From positions 1 to 64,000 of the IMG/VR virus record IMGVR_UViG_3300003322_000423: a stretch of DNA of 64,000 nt. One strand, given 5' to 3'. The stretch comes from a virus. The first letter of the stretch is position 1; every line of letters starts with the position of its first letter. Below, piece after piece: positions 58,639-64,000 of the stretch. The notes under the pieces are model-generated. The model was not told where the DNA came from and ran no database searches. It saw only the letters and a program-made list of their open reading frames with translations. Both the position numbers and the translations under genes were made by a program.

Positions 58639-59064
58639 TTATGCAATTATATCTGAACCCGAGTACAACCCTGTTCGGTACAGACGCTTTGCGGTCTTAC
58701 ACCTATCACATCTACAGGTCATCTCGTGATACATTCTAGCAGTGCCGTGGTAGTATTCACCTCGAATACCTTTATTCCAAGGCGTGATGGCACCGTCTCT
58801 CCACTGCTGTTTAGTCTTTTCATCATGACAAGTTTTACACACTACTTCACACTTGTCAAGTTCTTCTAGAATACTTTTCCAGGATCTATCTAAACCCGCC
58901 CCGGATAAAGTAAACGACTTTGTAGTGGGGTCTTTGTGGTTAAGCTCTAAATCATCAGGACTGCCACAGTCTACGCATTCACTACCGGACAGGTCAAATA
59001 ATTTTTGTCGACGTGTTTTACGTCGATTGGCCATATAGGTCTTCATATATTCGTTAGTAGGCAT
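58639..59064 (-). CDS. HNH endonuclease with a C-terminal HGT...CRCxxC motif; leaderless
   Basis: CVDCGS...LELNH.DP..KSF...ELDKCEVVCKTCH..KT; HGTARMY...CRCDRC. Confidence 0.85.
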   Translation of the reverse strand: MPTNEYMKTYMANRRKTRRQKLFDLSGSECVDCGSPDDLELNHKDPTTKSFTLSGAGLDRSWKSILEELDKCEVVCKTCHDEKTKQQWRDGAITPWNKGIRGEYYHGTARMYHEMTCRCDRCKTAKRLYRTGLYSGSDIIA

Positions 59065-59070
59065 ACATTC

Positions 59071-59099
59071 ATTTTAACATGAAATGCTCTACCAGTAAA
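59071..59099 (-). promoter_or_regulatory. Internal promoter for the leaderless HNH mRNA
   Basis: TTTACT-17 bp-TAAAAT with TGn, 6 nt before the ATG. Confidence 0.7.
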
Positions 59100-59102
59100 G
59101 AG

Positions 59103-59173
59103 CAGGCCCAGAAAGAGTCGAACTTTCCCTTTGAGACTTGGAAACTCATGTGCTTCCGATACACTATGGACCC
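59103..59173 (-). tRNA. tRNA-Trp (CCA)
   Basis: Loop TTCCAAG; G73. Confidence 0.8.
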
Positions 59174-59217
59174 GTGAGAGACCATGATAACACATAGTCT
59201 CTGTTTTGTCTATTCTG

Positions 59218-59287
59218 CCGGGATACTGGGATTCGAACCCAGGTAGGGCTTCAGGGACCCGGTACTTGGCCGCTGTACGATACCCCT
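59218..59287 (-). tRNA. Atypical tRNA-like RNA (CTG-centred loop with C33)
   Basis: Perfect T-arm, GTAC/GTAC D-stem, loop CCCTGAA, 2-nt variable region. Confidence 0.55.
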
Positions 59288-59484
59288 ACCCACAAGGTCG
59301 ACTTCTTGCGGGCTCCCCTCAGCGTTTCGAACCGCATTGAGGGGCAACAGAAAACGTGTCAGCTTTCGCTGATCAAACCGGGCACCGAGGATATCTTAAA
59401 CCAGACTTCTAATCCCGCAGGACGTTGTCACTGGCTCGGTGCGCCCCCTTGTGCACAGGGCGCTAAGGCGACCCAGGGGGTTTG

Positions 59485-59557
59485 CGCTCTTGGAGGGATT
59501 CGAACCCCCGACCTTGACGATAGAAGCGTCTTGCTCTTTCCACTGAGCTACAAGAGC
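59485..59557 (-). tRNA. tRNA-Arg (TCT)
   Basis: GACG-CTTCTAT-CGTC. Confidence 0.9.
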
Positions 59558-59623
59558 TTGGAGCCTGCACGTTGCCCTCAATGGCAGGCTCTATTCAGTT
59601 GTATTGACCCATCCTAAGGTCAG

Positions 59624-59698
59624 TACCGGTGACGGGGCTCGAACCCGCGTTCTTCTGACTGAGAATCAGATGAGCTTTGCCAACAGCTCCACACCGGC
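59624..59698 (-). tRNA. tRNA-Glu (CTC)
   Basis: TCTGA-TTCTCAG-TCAGA. Confidence 0.85.
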
Positions 59699-59799
59699 AA
59701 GCCCACAGCTTTTATTTCGGTACCTTCGGGCTGGAGTTCCCAGGTCTTACTTAGGCTGTGGCGGTATTCCAGAGTTACTTCGAATAGCCTCTAGAACCG

Positions 59800-59876
59800 T
59801 ATCCGAGACCGGAATCGAACCGGCGTCTTCTCCTGATTGAAAGTCAGGGCACCCCTGCCAACAGAGTAACTCGGAC
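59800..59876 (-). tRNA. tRNA-Glu (TTC)
   Basis: CCTGA-CTTTCAA-TCAGG. Confidence 0.85.
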
Positions 59877-59967
59877 TTGGACCGGTTTTTGTTTCTAACC
59901 AGAGCACTCCGGGGGCTACCCGGCACTATACTGGCCCTAATTCAGAACCCGTCCCCGAAACTGAACG

Positions 59968-60043
59968 TACCTGTGAAAGGACTCGAACCTTCAAACCTTC
60001 TGATCCTAAGTCAGACGCCTCTACCAAATTGGGCTACACAGGC
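59968..60043 (-). tRNA. tRNA-Leu (TAG), short variable region
   Basis: TCTGA-CTTAGGA-TCAGA; no long variable arm. Confidence 0.85.
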
Positions 60044-60127
60044 TTAAAACCCTGGGCTGGAAGCATCCAGCAGTATGGAAACTTATAGTGGTTGACTTGT
60101 GAGGGAAAACGCACTACCCAGGGTCAG

Positions 60128-60201
60128 TACTCCGACTCGGACTTGAACCGAGGACACGCGGATTAAGAGTCCGCTGCTACTACCAACTGAGCTACCGGAG
60201 C
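60128..60201 (-). tRNA. tRNA-Lys (CTT)
   Basis: GCGGA-CTCTTAA-TCCGC. Confidence 0.9.
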
Positions 60202-60505
60202 GAGAAAAAACTATTCTAGCATACCCCGAAGGGTGGCGGGTGGGGTGATTTCCCACAACAGAGGGCAGGCCATTAGCCGATTTAATTACCTCTGAACCAC
60301 ACGTTAGCCGCTAAGCACGAATTCAGGCGCATCGCTAAATGCCCTTCCGTCAACTTCCTCACCGATTGGCTCTGGATAAAGGGGTGGCCCTTTGGGGTGC
60401 CCGCCCAAGCTTACGTTTGTCTTCCGCCGTGTGTACAATCCATCCCCCGATCTGCATAGGGGATCGTTTCTGTCACCGCCCACACTTCCCGTCGGAAGTG
60501 TGTTG

Positions 60506-60585
60506 TACCCACAGAGGGATTCGAACCCTCACGCCATAAGGCATCGCTTTTGAGGCGACTGACTATACCGTTCGTCTATGCGGGC
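60506..60585 (-). tRNA. tRNA-Leu (CAA)
   Basis: TCGC-CTCAAAA-GCGA; variable arm GCC-TTAT-GGC; A73. Confidence 0.87.
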
Positions 60586-60759
60586 CTCACCCTTGATTGC
60601 GCTACCACGCTCAAGGGCTTACCTCAGCTCTAGGTGAGGTCACAACAGCTCTCTAAACCCGGAGCCAGGGCGCCTCACGGTTTATGGTAGCTCCGTGAGA
60701 ACTTCAAGCTTGTGTCACCCCTCTGCCGGGGGGAAAGGAAACTCGGCAGAGAGGGACGG

Positions 60760-61161
60760 CTAAAGGTCTTCCACCATTATATGGAAACCGTATGCATAGT
60801 AGAAAGGGTTCCCCGCTGACCAGCCAACATCAAGCTTGAGCACATCACCCATGTCGGCGTAAATGTGCCAAGTCTGGTATCCGTCAGTCGTACCCACGCC
60901 CGTGATAATGTGGTCAACCATTTCGGGGTGGAGCAGAAAACCTTCAAGTTCTGTATAGGCGCAACAGTCGCTCTCACCGACAAGGGTCACTGCTTTACCG
61001 TTGTCCAGTATGATCCGGCCTTCGGGTGACACGCTGACGATTTTGTGGCCTACGACAGCTTCAGCAAGAGCATTCTTGCTGTCAACCATTGTACCGTTGT
61101 CTGTTTCTTCGTCAAGGATTTCCTCTTTGTACAGACGTTTGTGCTTGTACTTTTTGGCCAT
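60760..61161 (-). CDS. Hypothetical protein within the tRNA array
   Basis: AAAGGAG RBS; DCCA and GNPFYYAYGF motifs. Confidence 0.75.
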   Translation of the reverse strand: MAKKYKHKRLYKEEILDEETDNGTMVDSKNALAEAVVGHKIVSVSPEGRIILDNGKAVTLVGESDCCAYTELEGFLLHPEMVDHIITGVGTTDGYQTWHIYADMGDVLKLDVGWSAGNPFYYAYGFHIMVEDL

Positions 61162-61180
61162 GATAACTCCTTTCAAAAAG

Positions 61181-61252
61181 TAGCTCCCCGGAGACTCGAA
61201 CTCCGCACTCAGGCACTTCACGCCCGTGCTTTTCCTGATAAGCTAAAGAGCC
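61181..61252 (-). tRNA. tRNA-Phe (GAA), atypical anticodon loop
   Basis: CGGGC-GTGAAGT-GCCTG. Confidence 0.75.
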
Positions 61253-61405
61253 ATTTGGATGTCGCGCAAGACTTTATGATAGTCCCACCACATCCTCTGT
61301 CCCTGCCCGGAGGCAGGTGCAGCCGTTTCATGTACACGCTATTCACTAGTCAAAGTTCTCGGTTACAGCTTCTCCGGTTTCCCGTGTCCCGCTGTTGTGA
61401 GTACT

Positions 61406-61434
61406 AACTTACCTGATCTGTGGAGGTCTGTCAA
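61406..61434 (-). promoter_or_regulatory. Promoter of the tRNA operon
   Basis: TTGACA-17 bp-TAAGTT; the -35 overlaps the deaminase stop codon. Confidence 0.7.
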
Positions 61435-61800
61435 CCCCTGATTCGCTCTATCTCGAAGATTCCTTCATTGGTGGTGTAAACGACCTTCTTCACACCGGCC
61501 AGTAAGAGAGCGTTGTAGCAGGCTGGACAAGGTCTCGCCATGCGTGGGTCACCTGCCCGGTTGACCCGTGCAACGTAGATGGTCGCTCCCTTTGACCGAT
61601 AAAAGGCACTCCCGTAGGACGGCCATCTCCGCATGGGTGGTGGCGTTCATGTGGTCTATGTCGGGGCGGTTGCGGAAGCGGTTGGTGGACCAGCCGAGCA
61701 CGTTGCCGTTGTTGACTACAAGGGCGCCAAGCTGCCAGCGATATGTGGAAGTTGAGGCAACGTCAAGCGCCCTCTTGATATAGCGTCTATGGGTGTTCAT
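61431..61800 (-). CDS. Zn-dependent cytidine/dCMP/tRNA deaminase-family protein split by a +1 frameshift (~122 aa fused)
   Basis: HAE in frame 0 (61549-61800) and GATIYVAR...PCPAC in the +1 frame (to 61431); junction CTT-TTA at 61605-61600. Confidence 0.85.
61600..61613 (-). promoter_or_regulatory. Candidate prfB-like +1 frameshift cassette GGGAG-TGC-CTT-TTA
   Basis: Internal SD 3 nt before a CUU-U shift site; A-site codon UUA. Confidence 0.6.
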
Positions 61801-61890
61801 ATGTCTCCTGACATGTCAAAGGGCCGGATGCGGTTCTCACCTTGTCCATCCGGCCCGTTCCCCGAGCTGTCCCCTCCTAGGCTCGGGAGA

Positions 61891-62118
61891 TCAGAGAGAC
61901 TTAGCCAACTTGCGGGCTTCCTCTAGCAGATCCACCTGTCGCTGACGGCGGTTGTCCACGTAGATCTCGCTCAGTACGGCCTCAAGTCGCTTGACCTTGG
62001 TGGCTCGGATAACCTTCCAGCCGTCCTTGGTCAAAGCCTTACGGACCTTGTCAGCCACGGCCTTGGTAGGACCCGAGGTGATGGCGGATGCAATGCTGGT
62101 GGTGGGTGTCTTAGACAC
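61891..62118 (-). CDS. Small basic hypothetical protein
   Basis: AGGAG RBS; GTG start. Confidence 0.7.
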   Translation of the reverse strand: MSKTPTTSIASAITSGPTKAVADKVRKALTKDGWKVIRATKVKRLEAVLSEIYVDNRRQRQVDLLEEARKLAKSL

Positions 62119-62198
62119 TACCGACTCCTAATTAGTTTGATTAGCAGTGATCAAGTAGGTATAGATTAAGGATGTTTGACAGAAAGTTCAAGAGGGGG

Positions 62199-62960
62199 TC
62201 ATGAGATGCCTGTCACATCGATACCGGCAAGGCGATGCCTGCCTCTACCGTACTTAGCACATCCCCGGCACTGAAAACGCTGATACACACCTGTGGTGGT
62301 GTATGCCTTTCCATCGGGACGCAGATCAGTTCCCCCACAGTTTCCACAAGCGTCTAGGTCGCCCGTGTAAAGACCGAGGTGGGGGTGGGGTTGAATCCAG
62401 GGTAACAGTTTATCATAAAGTTTTTCCGTCAATACCACATCTTGCTTGTTGTATTGGCGCATCAACTTCCACGCGGAAGCTTTACCTGCCATACAATCCA
62501 GCCAGAGCTGGAATCCGTTATGACTGGTTTTACCACCTAATCCCAACTCACTGGCCACGTGGTCAAGTTTGTTGCTGGCGAACTTGAAGTTTTTACGGGC
62601 TACTTGAAGGAGATCAACTTGAGCATACGGCGCCGGAGGGTCCATATCCGCGAGAATGAATTCGCGATTAAGGTGTTTGACATCGAAACTCTTAGAATTA
62701 TAACCTACTACTATGTCAGCTTCAGAAAGAAGTTCATGTGCCGCACGTAACATGACAGGTTTACTGTCGTGATAAGTGGAATAGAACAATACTTTCTTGT
62801 CCCCATGCCATTTGGCCGCGAATGAGATCATTTCCACAGGTTCTACCAACTGTGTAAGACCTATGGACTGATCAAACAACCCCCATGTATATGCGAGGTT
62901 GGGCCGGTTTTCTATGTCCAGCGTCAGGATTCTCGGACCTGAATAACTTTTGGATTTCAC
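62199..62960 (-). CDS. RNase H-like 3'-5' exonuclease with a C-terminal Zn ribbon
   Basis: LTLDIE, GYN..SFD, SNKLD, YNKQDV; CGNCG...CRGC. Confidence 0.88.
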   Translation of the reverse strand: MKSKSYSGPRILTLDIENRPNLAYTWGLFDQSIGLTQLVEPVEMISFAAKWHGDKKVLFYSTYHDSKPVMLRAAHELLSEADIVVGYNSKSFDVKHLNREFILADMDPPAPYAQVDLLQVARKNFKFASNKLDHVASELGLGGKTSHNGFQLWLDCMAGKASAWKLMRQYNKQDVVLTEKLYDKLLPWIQPHPHLGLYTGDLDACGNCGGTDLRPDGKAYTTTGVYQRFQCRGCAKYGRGRHRLAGIDVTGIS

Positions 62961-63142
62961 GCTTTCTCGTCCTCCCAAAGATTGGGAGTGCTGAATTGCT
63001 TCTCCCACACCTCCGCCGGTTGGTGCATACAGGTGCAACCCTTACAACCCCAATGGGGGGATTGCCCGTGTTGTTCAGCCGAGCCGGATTCATATGCTTC
63101 GCGGTTGCTGTCAGCCATATCGGCACAATGACTACATATCAT
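62957..63142 (-). CDS. Small Cys/His-rich protein
   Basis: MICSHC...H.GC.GCTCMH; GTGA overlap with the exonuclease. Confidence 0.6.
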   Translation of the reverse strand: MICSHCADMADSNREAYESGSAEQHGQSPHWGCKGCTCMHQPAEVWEKQFSTPNLWEDEKA

Positions 63143-63237
63143 TTTCGACGTCCTCTTCTGCACATAGATCACAGTCGGGGTACAACCTTCTGTGCCATTC
63201 GTCGGCTGTCTCCCCACCTACCGCAGAGAGGTTTTTC

Positions 63238-64000
63238 TCACTGGAAGTCCCAGGTTGTGTAATCTCGGGTTGGGTCATAACCGCCCTTTTCCTCATCACA
63301 CGCGTAGGCGTAATCCGGACCAATACCTGTGTCCACGAAGAACGGAGTGTCCGTCTCGACAGGAACGTCTGTCATGACTTCTTCAATCAGCTTCACAGCC
63401 TCATGAACCTTGTCCTTGTGGATAGAGAAAACAATAGAGTCGTGAACCGTGAGGAGCACGCGGCCATAATTCTTCTCTCTGAGCATCTTAGTCAACAAAA
63501 TCACTCTTGTCAAGCAGATGTCAGATCCAGTGGACTGACTCTTGAAGTTGGTGGCCTGATTCTCCACCTTCCAGAGGTTGTCAGCGGTGATGAGACTCCA
63601 GCGACGCTTACGGCCGAATTCTGTGGTCAGTACGCCGGTCCGTACGGCTTCCTGCTTCCACCCTTCCTTGACCTCATTCCAGACCTTGTAGCGGTTCCAG
63701 AAAGCGTCCAGCATCTCTTGGGCCTTCTCCTTACCACCACCGATTGTTTTACGGATGTCTGGATTCTTGGAGAGTTTGCCCGCTTTGATGTTGTAACCGG
63801 AAGCCAGTACCACCGGCTTAACTGCCTTACGTTCCTCCGCTGTGACCTCTTCGTACGCCTTTCGGAAGATGTCCTGCGCAGTAGCTTTATAGATGTCGCG
63901 CGTTGTGAGGTCTTCAAGAAGCTGTGCATCCTTAGTGAGGTGATGCGTGACGAACATTTCAAGAGCCTTATAGTCGGAGTTGACGATAAGGTCCCCGTCG
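63238..64000 (-). CDS. DNA polymerase family A, C-terminal part (continues beyond the window)
   Basis: Motif A (NSDYKALE at the window edge), motif B (ERKAVK...Y), T.FGRKRR, motif C (LTVHDS). Confidence 0.9.
   Translation of the reverse strand, partial: DGDLIVNSDYKALEMFVTHHLTKDAQLLEDLTTRDIYKATAQDIFRKAYEEVTAEERKAVKPVVLASGYNIKAGKLSKNPDIRKTIGGGKEKAQEMLDAFWNRYKVWNEVKEGWKQEAVRTGVLTTEFGRKRRWSLITADNLWKVENQATNFKSQSTGSDICLTRVILLTKMLREKNYGRVLLTVHDSIVFSIHKDKVHEAVKLIEEVMTDVPVETDTPFFVDTGIGPDYAYACDEEKGGYDPTRDYTTWDFQ

Noticed and set aside
56811-59064. HNH genes as group I intron-encoded elements
   Set aside because: Both sit between intact tRNA genes with their own promoters; no interrupted host gene or intron core seen
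59218-59287. Stop-suppressor or selenocysteine tRNA
   Set aside because: The centred triplet is CTG, not TCA/CTA/TTA, and Sec-type long arms are absent
60428-60440. TTGTACACAC match to the conserved 16S rRNA 3' region
   Set aside because: Only 10 nt with divergent flanks; compatible with chance, and no rRNA gene is present
54517-61407. Short ORFs overlapping tRNA genes
   Set aside because: Explained by the tRNA and ncRNA sequences; no coding signals

Overview
64 kb of a large, long-tailed (siphovirus-type) dsDNA phage of an actinomycete, most likely Streptomyces. The host call is inferred from WhiB, an Rpf-LysM-M23 protein and actinophage-type structural genes. Layout: (1-1.7 kb) small leftward genes with strong sigma70-type promoters and a shared TGATCACCATG start motif; (1.8-3.5 kb) an HTH/putative small terminase gene followed by phased repeats and strand-skewed low-complexity DNA, possibly a packaging or terminus region; (3.5-9 kb) about 25 tiny leftward, mostly Cys-rich ORFs; (9-31 kb) terminase, portal, scaffold, capsid and tail operon, with a -1 frameshifted tail chaperone and a 2123-aa tape measure; (31-41 kb) a leftward glycan-synthesis cluster, WhiB and primase-helicase; (41-46 kb) an Rpf-like muralytic protein, phosphatase and lysis cassette; (46-54 kb) a second virion fibre/tailspike module containing a tail-tube paralogue; (54.4-61.3 kb) a leftward array of 26 readable tRNAs covering all 20 amino acids, plus tRNA-like and other structured RNAs, two HNH genes and a secreted glycosidase; (61.4-64 kb) a split deaminase, an exonuclease and the 3' end of a family A DNA polymerase. 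Best candidate novel systems: (i) the deaminase gene beside the tRNA array is split by a prfB/RF2-style +1 frameshift cassette (SD GGGAG, 3 nt, CUU, then the rare UUA codon instead of UGA), suggesting a sensor of UUA/bldA tRNA availability and possibly an autoregulatory tRNA-editing loop; (ii) a 77-nt tmRNA-like RNA consisting only of the tRNA-like domain. All calls come from reading motifs by eye; no database searches were run.
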